From Candidatus Aminicenantales bacterium (GTDB taxonomy: Bacteria; Acidobacteriota; Aminicenantia; Aminicenantales; Saccharicenantaceae), in contig JBEKXF010000013.1 in the NCBI GenBank assembly GCA_049512315.1, positions 1 through 64,000 of the forward strand: 64,000 nt of DNA, written 5' to 3'. The translations under genes were made by a program, and so were the position numbers. Position 1 is the first letter of the stretch. Every line of letters starts with the position of its first letter. The notes under the pieces were generated by a model. That model searched no databases, was not told where the DNA came from, and worked only from the letters and a program-made list of their open reading frames with translations. This document shows, one piece after another, positions 47,377 through 58,658 of this stretch.

Positions 47377-50142
47377 ATGCGTAGATCAGCTTCCGGACTG
47401 GCCGCCCTGGCGGTCGCTCTCGTCATCCTCATCGCCTTCTGGGCCGCTCCCCTTCCCGCGGCCGGGCAAGACAAGATCGACATCCCCTACCAGAAGTTCG
47501 TCCTCGATAACGGCCTGACCCTGATCGTCCACGAGGACCACAAGGCGCCCATCGTTGCCTTCAACGTTTGGTACCACGTCGGCTCGAAGAACGAGAAACC
47601 CGGCAAGACCGGCTTCGCCCACTTGTTCGAGCACCTGATGTTCAACGGCAGCGAGAACTACAACGACGATTACTTCAAGCCCATGCAGAAGGTCGGGGCG
47701 ACCGACCTCAACGGCACCACGAACGAAGACCGTACCAACTACTTCGAGAACGTCCCGACCTCGGCCCTCGACCTCGTCCTCTGGATGGAGTCGGACCGGA
47801 TGGGCCATCTCAAGGGCGCCATCAGCCAGGCCAAGCTCGACGAGCAGCGCGGGGTCGTCCAGAACGAACTCCGCCAGGGCTATAACGAGCCCTTCGGCCA
47901 GACCGAGGACCTCATCGTCAAGGGGACCTATCCGCCCGGGCATCCCTATTCCTGGTCGGTCGGCGGCTCGATCGACGACCTCAACGGGGCCAAGATCGAG
48001 GACTTCCAGCAGTGGTTCGCCACCTACTACGGCCCGAACAACGCCGTGGTCGCCGTCGCCGGCGACGTCGACGCCAAGACGGCCCTTGAAAAGGTCAAGA
48101 GGTATTTCGGCGACATCCCGCCCTCGCCGCCCGTCTCCCGTCACACGGCCTGGATCGCCAAGAGGACGGGCTCGCACCGGGAGAGCATGCAGGACCGCGT
48201 CTCCGAGGCCAGGATCTATAAGATCTGGAACGTCCCGGGATGGGGCACGGCCTGCGCCGATAACCTTGATCTGGCCAGCTCGGTCCTCGCCGACGGCAAG
48301 ACTTCGCGCCTCTATAAGCGTCTTGTCTACGACGACCAGCTCGCGACCTCCGTCTCCGCCTCTATCGACGCCCGGGAGATCGCCGGACTGTTCACCGTCC
48401 AGGCCGATGCCAAGCCGGGCGTCGAACTGGGCAAGGTCGAGAAGGCCATCGACGAAGAGCTGGCCAGGTTCCTGGCCGAGGGCCCGACCGCCAAGGAGCT
48501 CGAGCGGGTCAAGGTCCAATCCCGGTCCCGCTTCATTCAGGGGGTCGAGCGCATCGGCGGCTTCGGCGGCAAGTCGGACATCCTGGCGACGAGCCAGGTC
48601 TTCGGAGGGAGCCCCGACGCCTACAAGGCGAGCCTGAAACATGTGGACGAGGCGACGCCGCAGAGCGTCAAGGAGACCGCCGTCCGCTGGCTCTCCGACG
48701 GCGTCTACATTCTCGAAGTCCATCCCTATCCGCAGCTCGCGGCCGAGAAGAGCGGCGTGGACCGCAAGACCATGCCGGCCGTCGGGCCCTCGCCCCAAGT
48801 GAGGTTTCCGACCGTGGAGCGGGCGACGCTCTCCAACGGCCTGAAGCTGATGCTCGCCGAACGCCATTCCATTCCCGTTGTGCATTTCTCCCTCATGGTT
48901 GATGCCGGCTACGCAGCCGACCAGTTCGCCCTGCCCGGAACGGCCAACCTGACGATGAGCATGATCGACGAAGGGACGGCGAAGCGCAGCTCTCTCCAGA
49001 TCAGCGAAGAGCTGGCCATGCTAGGCGCGAGCCTCGGCGCCGGCTCGAACCTGGACACCTCTTCCGTTTCGCTGACGGCCCTCAAAGACAAGCTCGACGC
49101 CGCTCTCGACATCTATGCCGATGTCATCCTCAATCCCGCCTTCCCCGAGGCGGATTTCCAGAGGATCCAGAAGATGCAGATCGCCCGCATCGCCCGGGAA
49201 AAAGACTCCCCCTTCGGAATGGCGCTCCGTGTCTTCCCCAAGCTCATCTACGGCAGCGGCCATCCCTACGGAATCCCGTTCACGGGTTCAGGATACGAGA
49301 AGACCATCGCCAAACTGTCGCGGGCCGATTTGGTCAAGTTCCACCAGACCTGGTTCAAGCCGGGCAGCGCCACCCTGATCGTGGTCGGCGATACGACCAT
49401 GGCCGAGGTCAAGCCCAAGCTCGAAGCCCTCTTCCGGGGCTGGCGGGGCGGCAAGGCCCCGGAAAAGAAAGTCGCGGCCGTTCCCCTGGCGGCGAAATCG
49501 GTTGTCTATATCATGGACAAGCCGGACGCGCCCCAGTCCCTGGTCATCTGCGGCTCCCCAGCCCCCTCTTCGGCGGACCCGGAGAACGTCGCCATCGAGA
49601 CCATGAACCAAATCCTGGGCGGCGAATTCGTCTCCCGCATCAACATGAACATCCGTGAGGACAAGCACTGGAGCTACGGCGCCCAATCGGCCCTGATCGG
49701 GGCGAAGGGACAGAGACCATTCCTGGTCATCGCTCCGGTCCAATCCGACAAAACGAAAGAGACCATGGTTGAGATCAAGGGCGAGCTGGAGGGTATTCTG
49801 GGCAAAAAGCCCATCACCAACGACGAGTTTGTGAATGCCAAGAACGGCCGTATCCTGGGTCTGCCGGGGCGCTGGGAGACCATGGGCACGGTCCTGGGGT
49901 CGCTCGAAGAGGTCGTCCAGTACGGGCTCCCCGATGACTTTTATCAGAAGTACCCTGGCCTCGTCCAGAAGCTGGCGATCGGCGACTTGAACAAAGCGGC
50001 GGCGAAGACCATCCATCCCGAAAGCATGATCTGGATCGTCGTCGGTGACCGGGCTAAGATCGAGCCCAAAATCAGGGAACTTGGCATGAGCGAGATCCAC
50101 CTGATTGACGGCGACGGGAACATTCTGCCGCCGAAGAAATAG
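47377..50142 (+). CDS. Secreted M16 zinc peptidase (fused two-half, pitrilysin/PqqL-like)
   Basis: Signal peptide; GFAHLFEHLMF (HxxEH), NGTT, second half NIREDKHWSYG; SD GGAGG before ATG 47377. Confidence 0.92.
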   Translation: MRRSASGLAALAVALVILIAFWAAPLPAAGQDKIDIPYQKFVLDNGLTLIVHEDHKAPIVAFNVWYHVGSKNEKPGKTGFAHLFEHLMFNGSENYNDDYFKPMQKVGATDLNGTTNEDRTNYFENVPTSALDLVLWMESDRMGHLKGAISQAKLDEQRGVVQNELRQGYNEPFGQTEDLIVKGTYPPGHPYSWSVGGSIDDLNGAKIEDFQQWFATYYGPNNAVVAVAGDVDAKTALEKVKRYFGDIPPSPPVSRHTAWIAKRTGSHRESMQDRVSEARIYKIWNVPGWGTACADNLDLASSVLADGKTSRLYKRLVYDDQLATSVSASIDAREIAGLFTVQADAKPGVELGKVEKAIDEELARFLAEGPTAKELERVKVQSRSRFIQGVERIGGFGGKSDILATSQVFGGSPDAYKASLKHVDEATPQSVKETAVRWLSDGVYILEVHPYPQLAAEKSGVDRKTMPAVGPSPQVRFPTVERATLSNGLKLMLAERHSIPVVHFSLMVDAGYAADQFALPGTANLTMSMIDEGTAKRSSLQISEELAMLGASLGAGSNLDTSSVSLTALKDKLDAALDIYADVILNPAFPEADFQRIQKMQIARIAREKDSPFGMALRVFPKLIYGSGHPYGIPFTGSGYEKTIAKLSRADLVKFHQTWFKPGSATLIVVGDTTMAEVKPKLEALFRGWRGGKAPEKKVAAVPLAAKSVVYIMDKPDAPQSLVICGSPAPSSADPENVAIETMNQILGGEFVSRINMNIREDKHWSYGAQSALIGAKGQRPFLVIAPVQSDKTKETMVEIKGELEGILGKKPITNDEFVNAKNGRILGLPGRWETMGTVLGSLEEVVQYGLPDDFYQKYPGLVQKLAIGDLNKAAAKTIHPESMIWIVVGDRAKIEPKIRELGMSEIHLIDGDGNILPPKK

Positions 50143-50265
50143 CGGTTCCCGGCGGCGGGGGCGGGAGCAGAGGATCGACGTCTCCGTGGGCGTGGCCTTT
50201 GCTCCGGCCGGAAGGGCTTTCCGTTCGGGATCCCGGGCTCGGATGAAGGCCCGCTGACGGGCTGA

Positions 50266-52119
50266 TCAGGCCCCGCCGAATTCCGGCGGCTTGAAGCCTG
50301 GATCCGAGGCGTTGACGCGTTTTCCCAGGACCGTGTATTGCCCCTTGGCCAGGACCCTGTACGCCCGGCGCCCGGACTCGACGAGGATGACGACCGAGCA
50401 GAGCATGATCACGACGGTTAGGGTGACGTTGACGATGCCCAGCGCCCGCTGACCCGGCGCCGAGATGCTCGGGAGAAAATTCTCGAAGATGTTCAGCCAG
50501 CCCGCGTAGAAGGTCGTCACGGCCACGAACGCCAGGGGCACCAGGCTGACCCAGACATAACGCACCTTGCCCGCGTTGATGATCGCCACCGTCACGATCG
50601 CCAGGGCCACGCCCGCCAGGAGCTGGTTGGCCGTGCCGAACATCGGCCAGACGTTGCTGATGTTCCCGGTCCAGATGAAGAAGGCCCAGGCGAAAACGAC
50701 GAAGAAGGTGGCGGCGAAGGCCCCGGGAAGCCAGTTGGTCCGCTCCATGGGCTTCCAAACCCGGCCGGCGAACTCCTGGACGCAGAACCGGGCGATTCGC
50801 GTGCCCGCGTCGATCGTCGTCAGGATGAACAGGGCCTCGAACATGATGGCGAAGTGATAAAAGTAGGACATGGCCCCGCGCAGGCCCGGGATGGCCGAGA
50901 GAATCTGGGTGAACCCGGCGGCCAGGGAGACGGCCCCGCCCGGCCGGCCCGCGATGTTCTCCCCCACTTCGCGGGACAGCTCGGCCAGGTTGACCGGCGA
51001 GAGGCCCAGGCTCGCGAATTTGGCCGGGCTGAGGTTGATAGCGTAGTAATCCGCGGGAAAAAGGGAACAGGCGGCGATGAGAGCGACGACGCTGACTACA
51101 GCTTCGACCAGCATGGCGCCGTAGCCGATCATCCTCGTTTCCGATTCCTTGCAGATCATCTTCGGGGTCGTCCCCGACGAGACGAGGGCGTGGAAACCCG
51201 AAATGGCCCCGCAGGCGATCGTGATGAACAGGAACGGGAAGAGCTTGCCGGGAATGATCGGCCCGTTGCCATGGATGTACTGGGTGAAGGCCGGCATCTT
51301 CAGGTTCGGATGGACGACGAAGACGCTGACGAGCAGGGCCAGGATCGTGCCGATCTTGAGATAGGAGCTCAGGTAATCCCGCGGCGCCAGGAGAAGCCAG
51401 ACCGGGAGGACCGAGGCGAAGAATCCGTAGACGGCGAGGGCCACGATGATGCCTTCCCGTGAAAGGATGAAGATGTGGGCCAGGGACGAATGGGCGATGG
51501 TGTTGCCGAAGATGACCGCGGCGAACACGGCGACGACGCCGATGACGGTGGCCTCGCCGATCTTGCCCGGGCGAAGCTTGTTCATCCAAAGGCCGACGAA
51601 AAGAGCGATCGGGATGGTCATGGCGATGGTGAACGTGCCCCAGGCGCTCTCACGGAGGGCGTTGACCACAGCCAGGCCCAATCCGGACAAGGCCACGACG
51701 ATGATGATGAGGATGGCCAGGGAAGCCACCGCTCCGGCCAGCGGGCTGACCTCGCGCCGGGCGATCTCGGCCAGCGATTTGCCCTTGTGCCTGACGGAGG
51801 CCACCAGGACGAGGAAATCGTGGACGCCGCCGGCGATGACGGCGCCGAGCAGCATCCAGAGGAGTCCGGGAGCGAAGCCGAACTGGGCCGCGAGGACCGG
51901 CCCGATGAGCGGGCCCGCGCCGGCGATGGCCGCGAAATGGTGGCCGAACAGGACCCACTTGTTCGTGGGATGGTAGTTGGCCCCGTCGTTGAGGGCGTAG
52001 GCCGGGGTCTCGCGGCTGTCGTTGAGCGCCAGGACCTTGGCGGCGATGAAAGCGCTGTAATAACGGTAGGCCAGGGCGACAAAAAGCAGGGATCCGATGA
52101 CGATGGGGACGGCGTTCAT
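50266..52119 (-). CDS. cstA: Carbon starvation protein A family peptide/pyruvate transporter
   Basis: [58 protein letters not shown]. Confidence 0.93.
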   Translation of the reverse strand: MNAVPIVIGSLLFVALAYRYYSAFIAAKVLALNDSRETPAYALNDGANYHPTNKWVLFGHHFAAIAGAGPLIGPVLAAQFGFAPGLLWMLLGAVIAGGVHDFLVLVASVRHKGKSLAEIARREVSPLAGAVASLAILIIIVVALSGLGLAVVNALRESAWGTFTIAMTIPIALFVGLWMNKLRPGKIGEATVIGVVAVFAAVIFGNTIAHSSLAHIFILSREGIIVALAVYGFFASVLPVWLLLAPRDYLSSYLKIGTILALLVSVFVVHPNLKMPAFTQYIHGNGPIIPGKLFPFLFITIACGAISGFHALVSSGTTPKMICKESETRMIGYGAMLVEAVVSVVALIAACSLFPADYYAINLSPAKFASLGLSPVNLAELSREVGENIAGRPGGAVSLAAGFTQILSAIPGLRGAMSYFYHFAIMFEALFILTTIDAGTRIARFCVQEFAGRVWKPMERTNWLPGAFAATFFVVFAWAFFIWTGNISNVWPMFGTANQLLAGVALAIVTVAIINAGKVRYVWVSLVPLAFVAVTTFYAGWLNIFENFLPSISAPGQRALGIVNVTLTVVIMLCSVVILVESGRRAYRVLAKGQYTVLGKRVNASDPGFKPPEFGGA

Positions 52120-52196
52120 GGTCGATCCAAAGATAGAGATTATACTCTATCTCACAAGAAAAGTGGGGCCTAAGACGCCGGCGTCCGCGATGGTCC

Positions 52197-54026
52197 CTAA
52201 GAAACCGCTTTGTTCGCTTCCGGCGCGACCGGGTTTTTGGCCCAGAGCCTGTTGATGACGCGCAGGAGGACGGTCCCGCTGACGGCGAAAATCCCCAGAA
52301 GCACGAGGGCGTAGGTCGTCCGGCCGTAGAGGAAGTTCCCGACCGAGAACAGGGCCGACCAGATCGTGAGCGACCCGGACACCCAGCCGACGAGGGCCAC
52401 GGGGAAGTTGTCGCTGGTCGATTTGGCCTCGGCCTTGGAGATCCCGGCCTCTTTTCGGACGGGCTCCCACCCGGGTCCGAAGGGCCGGACCTTCCTATAG
52501 AACTTGACGAGCGTCTGCATCTCGGTCCTGGGCCCGAAGAACGCCGTCAGCACCCAGACGACCGTGGTCGCCAGGACGGTCAGGATGAGCGCGTAGTGGG
52601 TGGGGATGACGACCCCGACCTTCCGGAGGATGAGCAGCAGCACGGAGAAGCCGAAGCTGCTGAGCATGGCGTTGACCTCGCACCAGGCGTTGACCCGCCA
52701 CCAGAACCAGCGGACAAGGTAGAGGAGGCCGGTCCCCGCGCCGACCTGGAGGATGATATCGAAGCTGTCCTTGGCCGTGTCCAGGACGAAGACCAGGCTG
52801 CCCGCGGCAACGAACAGGACGATTGTGGCCAGCCGTCCGACCATGACGTAGTGCTTTTCCGTGGCGTCCTTTTTCAGGAAGCGCCGGTAGAAATCATGGA
52901 CAAGATAGGACGCCCCCCAGTTGAGGTGGGTCAGGTTGGTCGAGGAGTTGGCCGCGATGAGGCCGCCGACCATCAGCCCGATGAACCCCACCGGCAGGAA
53001 CTTGAGCATGGCCGGGTAGGCGATGTCGTGGCCGAGGAGCCGTGGGTCGAGGTGCGGGAAAGCCTTCTGGATATCCGCGAGCTGGGGATAAACGATGAGA
53101 GAGCACAGCCCGACCAGGATCCACGGCCAGGGGCGGAGGACATAGTGGGCGACGTTGAAGAAGAGGACCGCCCCGAGGGAGTCCTTCTCGGACTTCGAGG
53201 CCAGCATCCGCTGGGCGATGTAGCTGCCGCCGCCCGGCTCCGCTCCCGGATACCAGACGGCCCACCACTGGACGGCGAGCGGCATGATGAAGATGGCGAT
53301 GGCCAGGTCCCAATTGCTCTTGAAGTCGGGCAGGATATTGAGGAAGTGGACGCCGTTCGGCCCCGTCGTGGCGGAGAGCTTCGATACCAGGACGCCCATC
53401 CCGCCGACGTACTTGACGGCGAAGTAGGCGGCGGCGATGACGGCCGTCATCTTGATGAAGAACTGGATCATGTCGATGACCAGGACGCCCCAAAGCCCGG
53501 TGAAGGTGGCGAAGATGACGTTGAGAATGCCGACGAGGAGGAGAGTCTGCCAGCGTTCCAGCCCGAACAGGATGGCGGCGATCTTGCAGGCCGCCAGGTT
53601 GACGGTGGCCATGATGATGCAGTTGAAGAGGAAGCCCAAATACACGGACCGGAACCCGCGGACGACCCCGGCCGCCTTCCCGGAGTAGCGGATCTCATAA
53701 AACTCGAGGTCGGTCATGACCTCGGAGCGCCGCCACATCCGGGCGTAGAAAAATACCGTGGCGACCCCGGTCAGAGTGAAGGCCCACCAGACCCAGTTGC
53801 CCGCGACGCCGTTCCGGCGGACGATGTCGGTGACGAGGTTCGGCGTGTCGCTCGAGAACGTCGTGGCCACCATCGACAGGCCGGCCAGCCACCAGGGCAC
53901 CGCGCGGCCGGAGGCGAAAAACTCCGAGGTGTTCTTGCCGGCCCGCTTGCCGAAGAACAGGGCGGGGACGAAACAGACGCACAGGGTGGCGAAGACGATG
54001 ACCCAGTCGATGGTCTGAAGGTGCAT
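52197..54026 (-). CDS. Sodium:solute symporter family protein
   Basis: FFASGRAVPWW.AG.S.VATTF, EPGGGSYIAQR, THLNWGASY; many TM segments. Confidence 0.88.
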   Translation of the reverse strand: MHLQTIDWVIVFATLCVCFVPALFFGKRAGKNTSEFFASGRAVPWWLAGLSMVATTFSSDTPNLVTDIVRRNGVAGNWVWWAFTLTGVATVFFYARMWRRSEVMTDLEFYEIRYSGKAAGVVRGFRSVYLGFLFNCIIMATVNLAACKIAAILFGLERWQTLLLVGILNVIFATFTGLWGVLVIDMIQFFIKMTAVIAAAYFAVKYVGGMGVLVSKLSATTGPNGVHFLNILPDFKSNWDLAIAIFIMPLAVQWWAVWYPGAEPGGGSYIAQRMLASKSEKDSLGAVLFFNVAHYVLRPWPWILVGLCSLIVYPQLADIQKAFPHLDPRLLGHDIAYPAMLKFLPVGFIGLMVGGLIAANSSTNLTHLNWGASYLVHDFYRRFLKKDATEKHYVMVGRLATIVLFVAAGSLVFVLDTAKDSFDIILQVGAGTGLLYLVRWFWWRVNAWCEVNAMLSSFGFSVLLLILRKVGVVIPTHYALILTVLATTVVWVLTAFFGPRTEMQTLVKFYRKVRPFGPGWEPVRKEAGISKAEAKSTSDNFPVALVGWVSGSLTIWSALFSVGNFLYGRTTYALVLLGIFAVSGTVLLRVINRLWAKNPVAPEANKAVS

Positions 54027-54174
54027 GGTTATCTTCCTTTCGTCAGGAGGGGCGCAAGGCGCATGATTGCAATATTATATAAAGAATTCCCGGCCCGATG
54101 TAAATAGAATTCAAGGTCGGAAGCCCGCAGCCGCAAGAAGACCGCGGGAAATAGGCGGGCGGAATCGGTTCGGC

Positions 54175-54861
54175 CTATTCCTGTCCCAGGATCCATTTCC
54201 AGACGACGGCCGCCAGGATCCCGCCGATCACGGGAGCGAGTACGAAAAGCCAAACTTGAGACAGGGCGTCCCCCCCGACCATCAAGGCGGGTCCGAGGCT
54301 TCTCGCCGGGTTGACCGATGTTCCCGTGATAGGGATCCCGACGATATGGATCAGGGTGAGCGAAAGACCGATGGCCAGGCCGGCAAAGCCCTGCGGCGCG
54401 TTCTTGCTCGTCGCCCCGAAAATGACGAAAAGAAAGAGCGCCGTCAGGATGATCTCAGCCGCCAAGCAGCCCGCGAGCGAGTAGCCCATCGGGGAATGGA
54501 GGCCATAGCCGTTCTGGCCGAGCCCGTTGGCGGCCAGCGAATAGCCGAGACGTCTCTCGACGACCTGGAGGAGAACGGCCGCGCCGAGGATCCCGCCGAG
54601 GCCTTGAGCCACGATATAGGCGACGGCGTCCATGGCCTTGATCTTTCCGGCCGTCAGCATGGCGATCGTGATGGCCGGGTTGATATGGCAGCCCGAGATC
54701 GGACCGATCGCGTAGACCATCACCAGGACGGACAGGCCGAAGGCCAGGGCGATCCCCAGGAACCCGACCTTTTCGCCGGCGATGACGGCGCTTCCGCAAC
54801 CCATGAAGACCAGGGTCGCCGTGCCGATGAATTCCGCCGCGTACTTTTTCCAAGAGCTCAT
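54175..54861 (-). CDS. aqpZ: Aquaporin Z
   Basis: AEFIGT, SGCHINPA and TSVNPARS (two NPA motifs), NGYG. Confidence 0.9.
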   Translation of the reverse strand: MSSWKKYAAEFIGTATLVFMGCGSAVIAGEKVGFLGIALAFGLSVLVMVYAIGPISGCHINPAITIAMLTAGKIKAMDAVAYIVAQGLGGILGAAVLLQVVERRLGYSLAANGLGQNGYGLHSPMGYSLAGCLAAEIILTALFLFVIFGATSKNAPQGFAGLAIGLSLTLIHIVGIPITGTSVNPARSLGPALMVGGDALSQVWLFVLAPVIGGILAAVVWKWILGQE

Positions 54862-54924
54862 GGATTCCCTCCTTTTAGGCCTCTAAATCACCACCAAGAC
54901 GCGCGCTAAACAGCATGACGGGAT

Positions 54925-56456
54925 TCACCTTCGAGGAGTGCCGGGCGGGGCCGTGGTCCGCACGGGATCGAGATACAGGCCGAATTCAGAGATCGCGGCC
55001 GGCGCCCGGGCCTTCAGGATGCGGAGACGGACCTTTCCGGATTTGACCCCAGGAAAGCGGAGCAACCGTTTGTAGCCGACCGTCGCGCCGCGCGCGATTT
55101 CCTTCCACTCTTTCCCGTCCCAGGCGTCGAGGGCGAAGGATTCGACCCGCTGCCCCGAGCGGATGTCTTCCTGGAGCATGGCGACATTGAATGTTTTCGA
55201 TTGACCGAGATCGTACACGACCGCAGTCCTCGTCACCTCGTTTCCGCTCATCCAGGCGGTTTTGGGGATGCCGTCGATCGTTTTCTCCGGGCCCTGTTCT
55301 GGCGCCGCGCTCCCGAACCGGGCGGAATGTTGAGCAGGAGCTGAGCGTTTCCGCCGACGGCTCCATAGTAGATGTCCAGAAGATGGTCGGGCGTCTTGAC
55401 CTTCATGTCCTCGGCGGGGTGGTAGAACCAGCCCGGCCGGATGGAGACGTCGACTTGGGCCGGATACCAGATGAGGCGGCCGCCTTTCTTCGCGGTCTCC
55501 TCGATGACCGTGAGCGAGCCGAGGTCCGGCGCCATGGCGTCGAGCCCGGCGATCCCGCCGGGGTCCTTTGCGGCGGGCCGGTCGTCCGCTTGAGCGACTG
55601 GGATGACGCTCCACTCGCTCTCCCGGCTGACGCCGGCTTCATTGCCGATCCAGCGGACGTCGGGGCCCATGATGGAGATGACCGCGCCCGGCTGGAGCTC
55701 GCGGATGAGGCTCCAGTAGCCTTCCCAGTCGTAGACCTGCCGTTTCCCGTTCGGCCCCTCGGCGCAGGCGCCGTCGAACCAGACCTCCGAGATCCCGCCG
55801 TATCCCGTCAGGAGCTCGCGGAGCTGGTTCTTGAAATGCTCGTTGTAGCGGGGCGAGTCGCCGTAGCTCGGCTCGTGGCGGTCCCAGGGAGAGAGGTAGA
55901 TGCCGAATTTCAGCCCGGCTTTGCGGCAGGCGTCGGCTACCTCGCGGACGACATCGCCTTTGCCGTTTTTCCACGGGCTCGCCTTGACGGAATGAGCGGT
56001 GAAGCGGCTCGGCCAGAGGCAGAACCCGTCGTGATGCTTCGCGGTGACGATGACGCCCTTGATCCCTGCCGCTTTGGCCGCCTCGACCCACTGGCCCGCG
56101 TCGAGATCGGCCGGGTTGAAGAGCTTGGGGTCTTCCTTACCCCGCCCCCATTCCCGGTCCGTGAAGGTGTCCATGCCGAAATGGAAGAAGGCCTGGAACT
56201 CGAGCGATTGCCAGGCGATCTGGCGCTCTGACGGAACGACGCGGGCCGCCTTTTCCACAAGTTGCGCCGGTGTATCCGTCGGCAGGATCCTGATGCCGCT
56301 GGACGCATAAGCTTTTTTTTGGCCGGCAGGAGCGCCGGTGATGTCCTCTCCTCGAAGCGAGGAAATAGCGGAAAGCGTGAGAAGCAGAAAAAACGGAAAA
56401 AGAACGGGGCGTCCCCAGACCTGACATTCCTTAGTGGCTCTGGCAAAATACCTCAA
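54925..56456 (-). pseudogene. GH29 alpha-L-fucosidase with C-terminal F5/8 type C-like domain, split by frameshift/deletion near 55320
   Basis: Frame 1 (SD AAGGAG + TTG 56456): TAKHHDGFCLW, YLSPWD, WFDGA, GNEAG, SIRPGWFYH, LLLNIPP, then non-homologous. A second frame carries KTIDG...LQEDIRSGQRVE...TVGYKRLLRF. Confidence 0.85.
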
Positions 56457-56628
56457 GAACGCTCCTTCATGGCAGCCGGGTTCGGTCTTTCAATCCAGCC
56501 AGACATACAATTAATATAGAATTGGGATTTCATGTCAACGTCTTAAAAAATCTCATCGCGAGGAGCGAAGCGGGTTGAAAGGGTGCCAGCATCCGGGCTG
56601 GCTGAGGATGTATTTCCCTTGCCTCGGC

Positions 56629-56657
56629 TTGACGCTTTTTTCGGCTTAGCGTAAGAT
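56629..56657 (+). promoter_or_regulatory. Putative sigma70 promoter for ABC exporter operon
   Basis: TTGACG (56629-56634), 17 bp, TAAGAT (56652-56657). Confidence 0.55.
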
Positions 56658-56698
56658 GGCGCGCGTCGGCGGAGAGGGCCACGACGAGGAGCGAACTT

Positions 56699-57931
56699 AT
56701 GGACGACGAGCGAAGAACGGACGGCCCTGACCTCACAGGGTTGAAGATCGACGATAGCTCAAGGAACGACCGGCACGGACGCCGCGGGGTCCGCGCGGTC
56801 CTGTTCGCGGCGCTCGCCTTCCTGGTCATCGTGGCCGCGGTCCTGACCCTCCGCGGCCGGACGGCTGTGGTCGAGGTCACGGCGGCGCGGCCCGCGGGCG
56901 AGGCCGGGAGCGCCACCCTGCTGAACGCCAGTGGCTACGTCACCCCCCGGCGTCGGGCGACTATAGCGGCTAAGATCACCGCCCGGGTCCTGGACGTCCT
57001 GGTGGATGAAGGAATGAACGTCGCCGAGGGGCAGGTGCTCGCCCGGCTCGACGACTCCGATGCCCAGCGGCGCCTGCTCGCGGCGCGCACGGCCCGCAAC
57101 GCGACCGCAGCGCTCATTGCCAACCTCGACGTCAATCTCGCCAACGCCGAGCGGGAGCTCAAGCGCCAGCGGGAGCTCGAGCAGAGCGGCTTCGCCGCCG
57201 TCCAGGCGCGCGAACTGGCCGAGACGACGGTCGATGGCCTCCGGGCCCAGATCCAGGCGGCCCGCGAGCAGGTCAAGGCCGCCGACGCCGAGATCGGAGT
57301 GGCCCAACAGGACGTCGACAACTGCACGGTCCAGGCCCCCTTCGTCGGGGTCGTCGTGTCCAAGGACGCCCAGGTCGGCGAAATGGTGTCGCCGATCTCG
57401 GCGGGAGGCGGCTTCACCCGGACGGGCATCGCCACGATCGTGGACATGGCCTCGCTCGAGATCGAGGTGGACGTCAACGAGTCCTACATCGCCCGGGTCA
57501 AGCCGGACCAAAAAGTTGATGCCGTCCTCGACGCCTATCCCGACTGGCACATCCCCTCGAAGGTCCGGACCGTCATCCCCACCGCGGACCGACAGAAGGC
57601 CACGGTCAAAGTCCGCATTTCCTTCGACAAGCTCGACCCCCGGATCCTGCCGGACATGGGGGTTAAAGTGGCCTTTCTGGCCGAGGAATCCGCCGGGGCG
57701 GGGAAGGCCGCGGCACCCCGGGCCCTCATCCCCCAGTCAGCCGTGCGGGACCTCGACGGCAAAAAGATCGTTTTCGTGGTCCGTGAAAACCGGCTGGAGC
57801 GCCGGGCCGTGGCTCTCGGGGAAAACCGGGGGACCGATATCGAAGTCGTGGCCGGCGTCAACCAAGGCGAGACCGTCCTCGTGAAGGGGCCGGAGGGCCT
57901 GCACGACGGTCAGCGCGTCAAGATCAAGTGA
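56699..57931 (+). CDS. Periplasmic adaptor (membrane fusion protein, MacA-like)
   Basis: N-terminal TM, ASGYV, V.EG..V..GQVLARLD, coiled coil, APF.G, EVDVNE, PDMGVKV. Confidence 0.9.
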   Translation: MDDERRTDGPDLTGLKIDDSSRNDRHGRRGVRAVLFAALAFLVIVAAVLTLRGRTAVVEVTAARPAGEAGSATLLNASGYVTPRRRATIAAKITARVLDVLVDEGMNVAEGQVLARLDDSDAQRRLLAARTARNATAALIANLDVNLANAERELKRQRELEQSGFAAVQARELAETTVDGLRAQIQAAREQVKAADAEIGVAQQDVDNCTVQAPFVGVVVSKDAQVGEMVSPISAGGGFTRTGIATIVDMASLEIEVDVNESYIARVKPDQKVDAVLDAYPDWHIPSKVRTVIPTADRQKATVKVRISFDKLDPRILPDMGVKVAFLAEESAGAGKAAAPRALIPQSAVRDLDGKKIVFVVRENRLERRAVALGENRGTDIEVVAGVNQGETVLVKGPEGLHDGQRVKIK

Positions 57932-57938
57932 GGAAGCC

Positions 57939-58658
57939 ATGGTCAGAATCGACGGGATCTCGAACGGAAAGAGCCTGATCCAGGTCCGGAACCTGGGCAA
58001 GACGTATCACCGGGGAGGCGAGGACCTGCGCGTCCTCCAGGGGCTGAACCTCGACATCGAGCAGGGGGAGTTCGTGGCCTTCATGGGTCCCTCCGGCTCG
58101 GGCAAGACGACGCTCCTGAACCTGCTCGGCGGGCTCGACCTGCCGACCACGGGCAGCGTCGCGGTGTCCGGGGAGGAGATCACGGCCCTTTCGGCCCACA
58201 AGCTCACGGCCTGGCGCGCCCGCCACGTGGGTTTCGTCTTCCAGATGTACAACCTGATCCCGGTCCTGACTGCGTTCCAGAACATCGAGCTGCCGCTGCT
58301 GCTCACCAAACTCTCGAGATCCGAACGGCGGAAGCATGTCGAAACGGTCCTGGGGCTCGTGGGGCTGACCGCGCGGGCCGGCCATTTTCCGCGCCAGCTC
58401 TCCGGAGGCGAGGAACAGCGGGTGGCCATCGCCCGGGCCGTCGTCACCGACCCCACGTTTCTTCTCTGCGACGAGCCCACCGGCGACCTCGATCGGAAGA
58501 GCGCCGACGAGATCATGGAGCTCATCGACCGCCTGGTCCACGAGCACGGCAAGACGGTGCTCATGGTGACGCACGACCCACGGGCGGCCGAACGGGCCCA
58601 TGCCGTTCTCCACCTGGACAAGGGCACTCTCATCGAAGGGGCGAGGACGCCGAAATGA
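57939..58658 (+). CDS. ABC transporter ATP-binding protein (MacB/LolD-like)
   Basis: GPSGSGKT, GFVFQ, LSGGEEQR, LLCDEPTG, VTHD. Confidence 0.93.
   Translation: MVRIDGISNGKSLIQVRNLGKTYHRGGEDLRVLQGLNLDIEQGEFVAFMGPSGSGKTTLLNLLGGLDLPTTGSVAVSGEEITALSAHKLTAWRARHVGFVFQMYNLIPVLTAFQNIELPLLLTKLSRSERRKHVETVLGLVGLTARAGHFPRQLSGGEEQRVAIARAVVTDPTFLLCDEPTGDLDRKSADEIMELIDRLVHEHGKTVLMVTHDPRAAERAHAVLHLDKGTLIEGARTPK

Noticed and set aside
55300..55340. Programmed ribosomal frameshift in the fucosidase
   Set aside because: No slippery heptamer or homopolymer at the junction, and conserved sequence is missing, which fits a deletion.
56552..56573. TCATCGCGAGGAGCGAAGCGG resembling a palindromic-element fragment
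   Set aside because: Single short partial match with no partner arm; insufficient support.
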